NCBI GenBank assembly: GCA_026770705.1
Contig: JANJGN010000021.1
Location: 90,334,001-90,398,000 of the forward strand
DNA: 64,000 nucleotides
Direction of reading: 5' to 3'
Source: Isurus oxyrinchus
Taxonomy: Eukaryota
Below, one piece after another: positions 12,701-27,700 of this stretch. The notes beneath the pieces were generated by a model. The model did not search any database, was not told where the DNA came from, and was given only the letters and a program-made list of their open reading frames with translations. Both the position numbers and the translations under genes were made by a program. The first letter of the stretch is position 1. Each line of letters begins with the position of its first letter.

Positions 12701-15700
12701 GATTGGTTAACCGACAGGAAACGAGGAACTTAGATAAGCAGGGCATCTTGGTGCATTGGCAGCCTCTGGCTTTGTATTTCCACTGGAATCAGAAGTCGGA
12801 CATCAGGTGTTTATACAATGGCCTTGAGGAGGAGACAGATAGTAAGTGAATTAAGTTTTCTGCCGAAACATAACTACCATTGATTGCACAACGAAAGGAC
12901 GAGATGACAGACGAGATATGATATGGGGATGTGTGAATATATTCACTTTGCTATCAATAATTGAAAAGAAAAGTAAACACGAAATTTCCACTTGTTGACA
13001 TTCAAAGAAAGCTGATGTGCTGGTAAAGAAACAAGTTGCACCAGATGCAACAAGCAATTAGGAAGGGCAATGACATGTTGGCATCTGTTGCAACAGGATG
13101 GATTTCAAGTGTAACATAGGCTTGCAACAATTGTACACATCTTGAAGACACAACACGTGGAGAACAGTGCACAGTTTGTTCTTGATGTTTAATCAGGGAT
13201 ATGCTTACATGAGAGACAGTACAGCAAAGTCAAACGGTCTTTTTGCTTCTTCCTGGAATCAGAGTATTGTCCTCTCCGTTGGGTCCATGAACACTAGAGT
13301 TTAGAAGAAAGTAGCGGTGATCTCACTGAAACAAGAATATTCTGATGGAGCTTTGGGAACGGACACTGAGTGGTTCTTTCCCCTGATCTGGTATCTAAAT
13401 CTGGAGGGCACAGTCTCTGGATAAGGGGGCTGTGAACTTTCACTATAATAGGGTCAGCCATTCCTTGATTAAAATTGTTCTGCATATTCTGAAATCTCTG
13501 CCAGAGAGTATGGTGGATGCTGCATCGTTGAATATATGTAAAGCTAAGATAGACACATTTAGATCTCTCATAGAGTCAAGTGTTCTGGGGACCGACTGAG
13601 AAAGTGGACTTATGGCCCAGCATCAGGCATGATGGTATTAAATGAAAAAAAAGCAGATCTACCCTCCCTAATATTTCATATGTTCTGATGTTATTCAAAC
13701 GAGCAGCTTGATAACACCCCATTTCAACAGCTGAAATATTTATCTCTCCACCCCCCACCCCACCTCCCTCCAGTAACTCACCGAGTGCGCAATATGTATG
13801 CATTAACAGAATGAACTCCAATGCTTAGCAATTATTTGACAGCAGCACCTAAATCTACTATCCCTACAAAAAGAAGGAGAGGACATTGAACAATCTCCAC
13901 CATTGAGACTCCCTGCACGGCATAATCAGCAAGGACTATTCTTGCTTTTGCATTGTTTTTCGCCTGTCAGAAACCTGGAACGTTATGTTGCACATAATTG
14001 AAGTAGTAGTGTTACGCATGGACTGCGTTGTTTGAAGAAAACCAGCACCAAATTCTTAGGGGAAAATAAGGAGACATCCATTGCATTTACGCCCTGCCAG
14101 TGACATTCACAACCTGGGAGATAAGCGGCCAGCATGGGCGCTGCTGCAAACTCAGATACTACGATATAATTTGCAACAACAATATCATTGTACGCATGAA
14201 GTTTGAGTGGAACATTAGGGAGAGGACCACTCATTTTTTGTGCAAATTGTAGGGAGCAATGGCAGGGAGATGGAAAGGAACGAGATTATGTTAATGTGTA
14301 TCACATATTGGGAGTTATGTTATAAGGCAGGATCTCGAGATCGATAACAAACATTATTCACTAGGCTGCGAAGTAATTACCATTTGGACAATACACGACA
14401 CAGGACATCAGCTGACTAATGGAGGATTGTGAGAAATCTTGCATGGTTTCATTGTTCACTGAAACTGAAACCTGGATAGGATGAGGCTCTTCCCCTGAAA
14501 CAGGCGTAACATAATAGTTACCAAGTTCTTGGAGTCTTTTGGAAGAATTTAAACGAGCTCCTAACCTGTTAAACGGTGTGAGATTATTGTCTGATTAGGT
14601 AGGCTGACATCTCATTCTTCTAAACTCCAATGAGCGTAGTCATAACGTGCTCTAAATTTTCTCATATGTCAAACTGCACATCCCAAGAATCAGCCCAGTG
14701 CACATTTATTGCGGAGATTCAGAAACAAAGATTAGAATTATAACATCATCGCATTGTCTAACGGCAAGCCTGTTTAGATGAAGGATCTACTTTTCCTGGG
14801 CTAGGGGAACTTGGTATGATTTGCTGGAAGCACTGCTTTGTTACTTTTAACTTTATGGAATATGGAACATGGAATGATTATTAAGAGTGACTTCTGTTAG
14901 CCTTAATTGTTGTAAAAAAAATCGAGTGAGACTTTGTTGGAGCAAGGCATTTTTATGGAAGTGAACAAAAACTATCTTATTGATGGTGTGGACATAAATT
15001 CTGAAGATTAGTACGGACATGGAGAGAGTCATAGAAATTTGGAGATTTCAGGTGCTTTCAGCAAGAAGAGGGAAGAATGTGCAGACCTCTGTTTCCATCG
15101 ACATTAGGAAGACCAGAGTAGTTCAGGAAATAAGTCTACACTATGAAGTGCACGAAAATGACCGCAAGTTGACTGAAAATTAAATGATTGAGGTTATACT
15201 GCGTACCAATATGATAAGGAAATTGACAGAGAGGGAAAATCGTATGTTGATTATAATACTATTGGAAGAGTACTGGTAGAGGTTACATGCAGGCTTCACC
15301 AATAAATTAGGAATTTTTGGCAGAACAGTTAGCGAACAAAAGTTATAAACATATGCACTGCGTTCCGGAGATGTCACTGGCTGTTTGCAATGGAGTGAAA
15401 TAATTGGCTAATTGAGACATTAAAGATGTTTATAGCAAGGACATTACTACTTCTGTTGGACACTTCTTTTCTCATTTAGCTTGAAAAGAATCATGTTATA
15501 AAAGGTGAATTATTTGAGATAATCCAATATATTTCCTGGACGAAACAAGATCTATGGCTGATTTTCAAATATTCAGGTGAAATTGAAAATTGGAAATTTA
15601 ATGAACTAAATCACGGAAGGAGAATATATGGCCGATCATGCGTGTGCGATTCTTTAACAGAACTGTCCGATTTAATCCCACAAATTATGTTGCACAAAAT

Positions 15701-18700
15701 TGTTCACAATTCTTTGAACGAGGTGTAGCAAGGAAATTTTAAAATATGTATTTCTCATTATATTCTTCTACCATGTTTGTCAATTAAAAATGCTATGATC
15801 TATATTTATCTCTTTCTCAACCTGTCCTGACACCGTCAAAAATTGTCATTATGCATCCATAGGTCCATATATTTGTGCACACACTTAAAATTGCATCAAT
15901 TAGATGACCCCAGTTCCCAAGGTTTCTTTAATGATAATAGATAAATACACAGTTAATAACATTACATGCAATTGGAAACGGTCTGCTATTTCACCAGACT
16001 GCCCATGAATTCCAGAATTTCGCTCCAATGCTGATTAGAATTTTCTTATGGTGCCATTTTGTCTCTCCCACAAGCTTGGCACTTGTACTTCTAGATCAAG
16101 TTCCGCTAATTTGTGGCGACCAGGAAAAAACAACTGCATTGATGCATAGGTCGAGGCCACCCCACTGTACACTTGTCTTCAATGAAAACATACAATCCTT
16201 CCCCATATTCCTCACAGGCTATTCCTAGGACAAATAAGTCTGAGTTCCAAGTAAGCTTGTTAATTAGTTGATGGCCAATGATCTTTGAAAGGCAACATAT
16301 AGAGCATATATGGCAGAACACTTTCTATCATTTCAGCAATTATGTCAGTCATGCTATTCAGCTATGACTTGCCATTAAGAAATCAAGCCACTGCTAGTGA
16401 TCTCTTCTGCACTCACATCTCATGAAGTAAACATATTTTTCTGGCTGATAATTTAGCTATTAGTATTTGAATAACTGAAAATATAATAATTGTTTGGCAG
16501 TTAGAAGTGTTCTTCTTCATTTACTTCTTGAACAGGGTTCAATATGTGAAATCATACGCTCCTCATGAAGCACTCCAATATCCAAAGGTGTTGATCAAGA
16601 CTACTGTTATCGGCATTCTAGCCTCCCTTAGCAGCCAATGATGCATCCCATATCGAGTGTGCGATTGGTTAAATTCTTGTGATTCCAAATTGTTTTGCAC
16701 CTTTATTCCACCTATCCTGACAAATCTAATTTCTATTCTACATCCCTTAAACCGACGTTAACCTCGCCTTCTCCTTTTCTGCTACAGTGGCAAATAAGCT
16801 CTACCAACCTCATTTTTTCTATTTACGTCCTCACGACGAAGTGACTTTGTCCCTCATCCGCCCCAGCATTACGTTAGCTACCATTTTACTTTTAATAAGA
16901 ATATTGGTGCATAGTAAATAGGAGCAGGAGTAGTCCATCTGATCTGTCGAGATTGCGCCGCCATTCATAAAGACATGTCCGAACCTACAATTCACAGACA
17001 CGTTCCTGTTCGCTGCCTATAACCCTGAGGGACAAAAGATTTGTCTACCTTAGACCTAAGCATATTCCATGAAAAAGCACCTACAGCTGCTTCGGGTAGA
17101 AAATTCCAAAAAATAGCACCCTTTTGAGTGAAGAAATTTCACCTTATCTCAATCCGAAATGATCTCTCCCTAATGCTGAGAGTGAGCCTTCGTTATTTAG
17201 AATCTCGTGCCAGGGGAAACAACCTTGTAGCTGTACATTTTCGCACACGGCCATAACCCAACACTCACCCCAGCTGGTTTAGTTGAATTCGGGTGGCCCT
17301 TGAATGAAAGCAAGTGGCGAGCCCGCGGGGAGAATAACATCTTTGAGGGTGTAGCGCATGACTCAAACAACCTACACTGTTCCTTTCCGCTTTTTCACTT
17401 GGGCTGATGAAGTTGTGAGTTGGCCCCATTTTTCATGCCTTCCTCGGGTGCAATTATTATTGCATCACGGTGAAAACTAAACCATAAGCATTTCAATATG
17501 CCTAAGGGTCTAAGGGCTGGCTAATGCCTCAACCGCCCACCATATTATAGGGGCAGCTCAGGTGGAGCGGAAAGATTGTAAGCTAGCAACCCATCCTATT
17601 TCCGCCCGCAACCCCCACCCCGCCAAACAACAAATATGAAGTGAGGTGCGAGAGTAAATTAATTTCCCAAATTCATTTTCGACATGTGGAGGCGCTGTTT
17701 GACGTTGAGAAATGTAAAACACACCCATGACGTTGGCTCTGCAGCAGTGACGCAGAACTTTAGGGCCTACAGAATATATTTTGTTGGTTCCTCGATGCTT
17801 AAGTTGTGCTGCACCTAAGAATAAGGTCGGCAGAAAACCGCCTTCTACCTCTTGATATGTAATTGAATCACAGCCATGTTTTAACCGTAATGTTCAAAGT
17901 CTATCTTCTTGCATTGTTAACATTTAAAGTTGAAATTTTTGGCAATAATAATATTTTTTTTAAAAATCACATCAGTGTGTTGTTAAACCTCTTGTTTAAT
18001 GCCTTATTCACATATACTGATAGCATCCAATGTTGGACATCACTTCATCCAGATATTAAAATAGTCAGAGCAAACTCATTTATGTTAATGATTTGCAAAT
18101 CAATACTAGAGTCAGTTTGGGATCCTGCTGTGTAGACATCGCAAATTGCCACGTGAAAATAATAATTTTCTCATCACGCTTGGCTGCACCTTTTCTTCCA
18201 AAAATGTTAGAGGCGATAGGTTAAAAAAAGCTTTGTACGCTCAAAGTAGTTTTTTGTACAGCTCATTTATGTTGCTTTATTTTAATTATCTTTATCGTTC
18301 TATTCCTCTCAATGCCATGGATTTAGAGAGCTGTGCAAAATCATACAGACGGTTTTAAAAATGTTGATGAGAAAAAATAATAACAACAACAAGAACGTTT
18401 TATTCGTTCTTCGATTTGAACTTCACCAACAAGGAGGATATTGTTTTCCTATGCTTAATTTGACTTGAGTCGCCTTCTTCAAGAGCTGCTATCCATGTAG
18501 AGTACATACTCATCCATCGCTGCTACTAGGTGCTTCCCAGGATTTTTGACTGAACGACAGAGAAATAACCACGATTTATCCTTAATTCAGAAAACTACTT
18601 ATGTAGTGTATTTAATGCGGTAAACATTGCAAAGTCACGTTGGAGGACGAGGAAAGCAAAATTAGGCACCAGGAAACTTTCTGGTATATGACGGTAAATG

Positions 18701-21700
18701 GCAGGAAGCTTGGTCATCGAGTTATACTTGCATGTTGGTTCATTATTCTTCAAGTTATTTCCAAATGCGTTTTGTAAAAGGAAGAAGTCCTTCCGATAAA
18801 TATTCAGCTGCAAGTGACTGTCCAGCCTATTCCAACGCTTATAACTAAAAGCATTAGTCAAAATGGTATACATTTCTGGCACGTGATGGCATCAGTGTCA
18901 TAGGAAATCACGGAGGAGAACTGGCACCGTCCATCTGACCTTCTGAAATTTGAAATTCAAACATAGGTAAAGCGCACATGCCGGCGTGATGTTGTTCTGT
19001 GTTTCCCGATTCGTTAAAGCGACGAACATCTGAATGTTCAAAGTTGAACATTTTGTTTTACAGAAACGGGCCTGTTTGAAAAAGATACACGTAAGTCAGT
19101 TTCCATTAGATTAAGTTCATGTATTTTTCCCCAAATCCGAATGACCACACTAACAACATGCCCTCATAATGATTAACTGAACGTGGTCGAATGCCATGTA
19201 TTTTTATTTTATCTCCAGTACCATATTCAGTGTTGCCGTGGATAAGCTGCCTAGCAAACTCTCGTATAACTGAGAAAGCAAAATATAACACGTTGAGGTT
19301 TAGCAGTATTAGCACGTGAGAACAATTTGGAGAGACTTCGTGTTAAACTGTCGATTGTTCCCTCTGCCTACTTCACTACTTTCATTCCATTTTTGCATTC
19401 AGGCTCTAACATACTGTTAGCAAAACTCCCTCCCCACACCCCGCCCCCTACCCGCAGCCTCCCTACCCACGCACGCACACACACACACACACACACGTAC
19501 ACACGTACCCTCCATACCCCCACCCTTGATTTACTTCTGGCCACAGTCTTCACCATTCCAAACAATTAAAAAAGGCGATATTTCCCTCGCATTGTAGCAC
19601 AAATCGGCGAGTCTCTTCTCAGACCATCTTAATTTCGTCCACTGAAGTCAAGAGATGAACACAACTGTGAGACCTATCGATTTGGAATACTGTTAAAGAG
19701 GTCCAAAACATCCTTCGATTCATCTGGCAGGACCCGAACATTGCCCAACAGATACTACATTGCTGGCCTTCATTTCATTCCCTTGCCAGCTTGGTGATTA
19801 AATTGATACAATTCGCAACGATTGAAATCGCATCCCAACAAGTGAAATGATGTCATGGTTTTCTTTGTTTTACATGTGCCTAAAGTCGCACCCTTGAAAT
19901 GAATTGTAAAATGTTATGCTGTTTCAGACCAGAGCACGAACCTGCCCATTCCTTTTGCTAGGGATTGGCAACATGTATTGTTGAATCCGTCTTCGGTGCC
20001 CGAATATAGCCTCGAACAGTTAGGCAACTTTTGTAAAGCATATAATTACTTTCGTGCTCAGTTTGTTTAGATGTATCCTAACATGTCCTTCAATAACAAT
20101 CCTACTGGTCTTTAATGTTTGAATGATCTATGAAGACATTCGTATCACATTGCTTGATATACCTTTATTCCCTCATTTGTTTAGCATTTTATTTTTCCTC
20201 AAATATAATTCACATTAAAAATCTTGTTAACGATGTTATGGTGGCACCTTGATCTGTACGTTACTTTTCTTTTTTCTTTCCGAACGTTCACCACTGTCTG
20301 GTTCATAAGTAATTTCCCATTAAAGACAAAGCAACAAATTTTCATGTCTACGTACAAACATAAAAAAAAACAGAGTCAGACAATTCAAAGCATAACTAAA
20401 CTAGGAACTTACGAACAAATTTGAGGCTTCGTTAATAAAAAGTTTTCTTTTTTTTAGAAATAGAAACATTGAAAAAACGCCTTGACGGAAAGGGTTAGCG
20501 GAATATTAAATGAGCTACTGTTGTATGTGATTCAGATGCACTAATTTTGTTGTTTTCTGTCGTATATTTGTCCGCATATTTCCAAACATTTTAAAGCACA
20601 ATTGTTTGATTTTTTTGACTGTTGCGTTAAAAAGGAATTACGTTTGGCATTCCATAAACTTACTAGTGGGAATTTAAGATAGAAAGTTATACGTCTGCAA
20701 GCTGAGGAAAATATTTTATATTTAAGCATTCACGCATGAAACAAATAACATTGGTGCTGTCAAAATATATTTCGGACATTTTCCGAAAGTTTTATAGAAC
20801 AATTGCAGTATTGTACAATATCGCTCGAGATATAGCATACAACATTAAGTTTTAGACATCTACCAGTTGCTGAGTTTAAAACAGATAATGCGATTACACA
20901 GCAATAAATATTTCGTAGTCTCACTGTTGCTTTGCTAATGCCATTTTTACCTTTTCAGCTAAAAGCGTGGACGATGAAAACTTGGGTAAACGTGCACGAT
21001 TGTTAATGGTTTAAGGGTCCGGGTGTGGGAAAATGCCGGGTTTTTTTTTCTCACTGAAAACACATCGAAGCAACATAAGGATTAATTGGTTCCACAAATA
21101 ATTTGAGACACCCTTATGATTGCGCGGCTGGGCAGACGATAAATGGCATTCACGCTGGTGGGTGTTTTTTTTTTATTTATCTCCGATGAATTGACCAGTG
21201 TGTAAGCACAGTGCAGTGGAGGGGAACAGTGTGAGAATTTTACGTGGGCGGAATTTTACGGATTTCTGAACGGCTCACGGCATTTTATGGCCCCGTTGCT
21301 GCCGCCTAAGTTTCCTCCCCAAGTGCAGGAAAAGTTGGTTATTTACTGAAGCCCCCGAAATGCTCTACAACTAATTTTAATGGAAATATAATGCTATTAG
21401 TTCCGCTTCCTTATAACCATTCTAAGAAACAGAAAATATTATTTCTTTCGAACAATATTTCTTTTTTCGCTCCTTTAGGCTCAAAAAACACCACTTAACT
21501 TGCGTACCTGACGTGTAGTCCTACAAGGACTAATAGATTACGAACGAAATGGAGGATCTTATATGACTTCCTATTATCATACCGGTACATGTGATCATTA
21601 TTTTCAACTTCTGCCTTCACGTTTAGGTATACGAGAGCTGCCAGTAGATGTGTTACTATGCAAAAAAAAAACAAAATACCTTCATTATATCTAACAACAC

Positions 21701-24700
21701 CCGGTTGTTCCTCGAAATTCGCAACAGTGAAACAACACGTTTTTCTAAGAACAAGCGTGAATCATAAATCATTCATAAGGCATTTTTTTCCTCCTGAAGA
21801 ATCAGAAGTTTGTTTCACGCGGATCCAATGCGGGCTGCAGTATTTGTGACCGGAACACGTGAAAACTTTTTTTGAACTAAAAACTATTCTCAATAAGGAA
21901 TAAAAAAAAACACATTTGGAGCTTCTTTCTTTTATATCTGTACCTGAATTCCAGAGCCAACCAAGTGCATGCAAGTATTGTGTAGATCCAAAACCATATT
22001 AGCTTAATGCTACAAATATGGTCAACATCGCTCTGAGGATCGACAATCGCGTTGCAGGTGCTGTCCACTACGCCCGTAAAGTCATTCACATCCGCGATGG
22101 TTTGAAAATTGAATATTATGTTCCTTCGAATATTTTTGATGTTTTTTCTCTGCCCGTTCTCTGGTGTGGCCGTCTATAATCATTGTATATTTCACACACT
22201 TGATCTTCATCTTGTAGAGGTAAAGCTCAAGTTGGCCAATGCAGGTAAAATATTCCATTAAACATACTACATGATTACATGAAAAAAGTCAAACATAGCC
22301 TCTCGAAGCCGATCTCTGGCTAACGTGACAAGAACATATTCAAAGGCAAGTGCTATATTTCAGATGCGCTCCAGCAAGTTGTTATTCAGTAACAATATAT
22401 GAATGAACATCTTTCACAATCACTAAATCGTGACTTAAAAAGTGACTGATATTTTTTTCACTCTCCTACCACCCTCTCACACCCACCCACCCTAACACCA
22501 CCCACTGCCCGTCCCTACCCGCATTCTCCCCCGACCACCGCCCCCCCCACCCACTTCGCGCCAGTCAAGGTAATCGAGGAAATGGGCATAATATTTGCAG
22601 AAGGGAATTGTGTGGGTTGGCAACAAACTGCTAATACAATTGAAAAACTGGGATACCAAACCCAGTTTAAGGCCAGCTGCCAAGTGGATTTTTTACTTCA
22701 ACGTCTCTTTACGTCAAATTCTAAAGAAACGTACACAAGTCAGCCATTTTCACGTCAATGGACATGCATGATCCGGGCACATATTTTTATCTCTGACGCA
22801 AAGTTCTCATTTTATTCCCTCGTGTTTTCTTTTAAGAAATAGCACAACTAAAAGAACTCCTGGACGACCGAGGTGAGCGTGAGCAATGAAAGTTTATTAT
22901 TGTAAAAAGGCCCCACTGCACGCCCGGCACAGTGTCAAGGTCGTTCATGCAGCGATAGACACCAGAGACCCACGAATTCACTGCAGAATTATAGCAGCCT
23001 TCATTTCATAAGTACTATGAACACAATCCAGTTCACACACATTTTCGACAACCTAAGCATTCGGAAATTCTGAGGGTGAGGGCGGTCGCAGAAGTGTTTT
23101 GAAGCATATTGAATGTCTGTATTCGTCAAAAGAGTTACCGAGAAGATCACATGGCAGTAAAAATTTTTAAAAAGCATATTTGAAAAATATAATGCCAGAA
23201 TTCAGGAAACGTGAGAAGTGCGATAAGATGGAAAGTTGAACGAATCTCCCGCATTTTATACGCCCCTTCCCCTCCCCACACTCCCACCACATCGCCGCGA
23301 TAGGGCAGATGCATATGTACCCGAATGTGACTCCAGGTGACAGGGCTTTTGGAAGCAAAATGTACATCCACAGCAAGTGGAATCTAAAATGTGGGTTGCA
23401 AACCTTGCAGAGTTTGTTCATTATCCAAAAGCATGCTGAGGCAAGGGGATAGCACGTAGACCAGTGATGAAAACTGGGCAACTCTTCGTTTAAAATTAAG
23501 ACACTAGGCCCTTTTTTGAATGAAGCGTACGCCACCTGATTGCACAAACGAAACCTACAATCGAGACTCAATTCACGAAGTTAGCGATACTGAAGCTAAC
23601 TTCAGAGAACAGCTGGACATTAACGGTGTTTTCCTGAGTATTAGACCTAAGGTTAAGCTTTCAGACAGTTAAATAGAGGCTGTGACTATACTAGTGTCTG
23701 ACTATGATAAGAAGATTTTAATGCAATTGATTTTACTTTTATGTGTCCTAGGGCAATAATTTCTCTAGCCAAAAATTTAGATAAGAACCTGCACATAACA
23801 TATGTTTTTCGTTCATTCACGGTACGTGGGCTTCCCTTGCTTTGCCAACAGTTGTTATCCATGCCTGGTTGCGATTGAGAAGATGATGGTGAGCTGCCTT
23901 CTTGAACTGCTGCAGCCCGTGTAGTGTAGATACATCAACAAGTGCTGAAAGAAAGCGGGTTCGAGGGTTTTGACCCAGGACTGTCAAGGATCAGTGGTAT
24001 ATTTCCAAGTCAGGATGGTGAGTGTCATGGAGGTGATATTCCAGGTGGTGATATTCCCATCTATTTGCTGCACTTGTCCTCCTAGTTGGTAGTGGTCGTG
24101 GGTTTGGACGGTGCTATTTATGGTGCCTTGGTGAATTCCTGCAGTGTACTTTGCAGATGATGCAAACTGCTGCTACTGTGCGTCAGTGGGAGAGGGAGTT
24201 AATATTTGAGGGTATGGTGACAATCAACCAGGCTGCTTTTGCCTGGATGGTGTCAAGCATCTTGAATATTGCGGCAGCTGCACTCATTCAAGCAGGTGGG
24301 GAGGATTTGGCGATTCAGGTATTACTCATCGAGCTTTTCCTAGCTGCTGACCTGTTCTTGTATCCACGGCGTTTATATGGCTTGTCCATTTCAGTGTCTT
24401 GTCAATAATAACACAAGGGTGTTGATCGTGGGGGATTCAATCATGGTAATACCAGTGGACATCATGGAGTGATGGTTGGATTCTCTGTCGTTGGACTTAG
24501 TCATTGGTTGACACTTGTGTAGTGTGATTGTTACTTGTTACTTATCAGCCCAAGCCTGCATATCGTCCAGGACTTTTTGCGTTTGGACATGGACTGCTTT
24601 AATGTTGGAGTAGTCACGGATGCGGCTGGACATTGTGAAATCAATAGACAACATCGTTACTTGTGACCTTTTGATGGAAGGAAGGCCATTAATGAAGCAA

Positions 24701-27700
24701 GTGAAGATGGTTAGGCTGATAACACTGCTCCAAGGAAATCCTGCAGTGATGTTCTAGAGCTGTGATGACTGACCTCCAACAGTTACAACCGTCTTCATTT
24801 GTGCTCGGTATGACTCCAACCAGTGGAGATTCCAACTGCTTCCAGTTCTGCTCGGGCTCCATGATGCCACATTCGATCCAACTCAGCCTTGATGACAAGG
24901 GCAGTCACGGTCACCTCACATTGGGAGTTTAGCACTTTTGTCCATGATCGAACCAAGGCTGTAATGAGGCCAGGAGATGAGTGGCCCTGGTGGAAACTAA
25001 CCTGGATGCCACTGAGGCTGTCATTGCTATGCAAATGACGCTCAAAAGCACTGTTGATAAGCACTTGCATTACTTTTCCAATCATCGAAAGTAAACTGAC
25101 GGAGCGGTAATTGTGCTTCATTTTGAGTAGAGAACATACCCAGACAATTTTCCACATGGCCAGGTAAATGCCAGTGCTGTAGCTCTACTGGAACAGTTTG
25201 GCTGGCGGCGCCTCAACTTCTCGAGCGCAAGTACTTCAGCACCATTGGCGGGATATTGTCAGGGCCCATAACCTTTGCGATATCCAGGGCTTTCAGCTGT
25301 TTCTTGATATCAATGATATTGGGAGATATTTGGAGCCAGTCAACAGATGTCCAGAAAACCACACCACAAAAGTGAGAATAACGTATGTGCACTCGAACAA
25401 TTAGCATTGAAATTTGACTGTTTTGAGGTAAAATGAAAGATAATCAATTTCCCATCAGGAAATTGAACCAAAATTAACATGATCTGCATTTAGTTGAATT
25501 GACCTTCCTTTTGTCATAAGGTCAAAAGTGGAGATGTTCGCTGATGAATGTACAATGTTCAGCACCTTTCGGGGCTCGTCAGATACTGAAGTGGCCCATG
25601 TCCAAATGCAACAAGACATAGACCATATCCAGCTTGATCTGACAAGTGGAATGTAGCATTCATACCACACAAGTGCCCGGCATTGGCCATCACCAACAAG
25701 AGAGAATCCAACCTTCAGTCTTGACAGTCAATGTCATTACCATCACTGAATACCCCGCTGTCAAATTCCTGGGGTTATACTGGTCATAGGCTGACCTGCA
25801 ATAGCCATATAAATGCATTAGCCACAAGAGCAGGTCACTGGCTAGAGATCCTGTGACGAGTAACTCAACTTCTGACAAGCCAGTACCTGTTCATCATCTA
25901 CAAGGCACAAATGAGAACTATGTAAGAATGCACAAACTTGCCAGAATGAGTAAATCCCCACAACACTCCGGAAAGTTGACACCATCTAAGAGAAAGAATC
26001 CCGCTTGATAGGCACACTTGAGTGGCACCATATCCATAAACATTCACTCTTTCCACCACTGACGCACAGTATCATCAGTGTTTACCATCTACAACATGTA
26101 TTTTAGGAATTCAACTGGGATCCTTCGGCAACACCTTCCAAATCCATGACCACTATCATCTAGCTAGACAGGGGCAGCAGATAGATAGCAACATCGTGAA
26201 CTGGAAGTCCCCCTCCAAGTCAATCGCCATTCTGAATTGGTAAAATATCGCTATTCCTTCACTATTACAGCATCAAAATCTTGTAACCCCACGCCCCCAC
26301 CCACCCGTCCCGCCTCCCCCCAAACCCAACCCTCCTAACAGCATTTTTGGTGTTCCTACATCACATGGACTACAGCTTATCAATATGTCAGTTCACCATC
26401 AACTAGAGATGGACAATCACTGCTGGCCTAGCCAGCGAAGCCCACATCCCGTGAATGACAACAAAAGATAATGTATTAACATCTGCAAAAACAACCAAAA
26501 TCTACCAACTGTAGCAACAGAAATTGTTACCATTGATCCCTGGCCGGGACTGCTCTCTGTTCCTCTATAGAATTTCTGAATTTTTTGTTCTCTGGCAGCG
26601 TTTATATCTGAGCGCAGTGGATGGAAAATCATGATCTGATTTTTCTGGCACCTTAAATATTTCAAAGGTGTTTCATAAAGCAAACTTTGATGCGGAACCA
26701 CTTACTAAAAAAATATTAATGATGGCTGCAATATTGGAAAAGATGCCAAGGCTGATTGTTTTAAAGAGACTTTTAGAGAAGCCATCTACTAGCTTACCTT
26801 CTTAGCAGCTGATTCCCAACTTATCAGAGGGTTCTTGGATCGCAGAAGTTTAAATATCTAAGAAGGACTGAGGTTAAGTGTGAGTTGAAGGCAAGGGTGA
26901 TGCTGTCCAAATTGAGGCTTTGTTTGACGAAAAAGTAATATATGTCAGAGATGACTTCAGATTTAGACATCATTGAAATAAGGGCACAGAAATGTTTCGG
27001 CTGACCATAAGATTATGGAATGCAAGGAATAGCTAGTTAGCCAGGGATGAGTTGGAATCATCCAGTATCCGGTAATAAATTAATTGGTGAGGGATTCAGC
27101 AGCAAATGGAGATATGCATGGGGGTCAAGCAATGTTACAGACAGAGAGTCAAATATGAAAGCAATTCGACAATAGTCTGCTGCAGCGAGAAGAAAGCTTC
27201 TCTGAACGAGCGATGGAGTCAGAGGTTAGGGAATCCGATTGCAGAGAAAATTCAAAATAGTGGCTTCAAATTTCCTCACATTTAGTGGGATGAAATTTCT
27301 ATTCGTGTGAAGGTTAAGCAACCAGCTGATCCTATTATACTATTTTTGGAATCAAGCGAGTTAGCGTAGAGGGCCAGTATACTTCTAAAAACTAATTCTG
27401 TGCTTCCCATTATGGAGTTGATGGAAGCATGAAGCTGAAAATTGTGTGTGGGAAATTAGAGATCCGCGTAATTTTTCACCAGCCAGACTTTACGATTCCG
27501 CCGTAACAAATGGGCTTTCAAATGGCTCTCCGCATTTCACGGCCCTGCTCCTACCGCGACAGGGCCATAAAATTCTCCCTGGATATTATGATTTAGCTGC
27601 AAATTGAGATGGCATTCAAGAGAATAATCTAGAGATAGCTAGATAGATAAGTATGACACCAGCTGAGTGCAGACCCAAACAGATGCACGACAGTAATAAT

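Larger units (their letters stand above)
18400..20565 (+). repeat. Intragenic duplication block A, copy 2
   Basis: Colinear with 1..2155, including one 27-nt and one 36-nt exon and a CA/C-rich tract. Confidence 0.9.

Noticed and set aside
16218-16250. 33-nt segment with a gtaagc donor
   Set aside because: In-frame TAG in phase 1; the alternative acceptor gives 22 nt.
21628-21665. GIRELPVDV, a possible missing type II partner for exon 20959
   Set aside because: Good acceptor and I2/L5/V9 pattern, but no phase-1 donor and it contains Pro.
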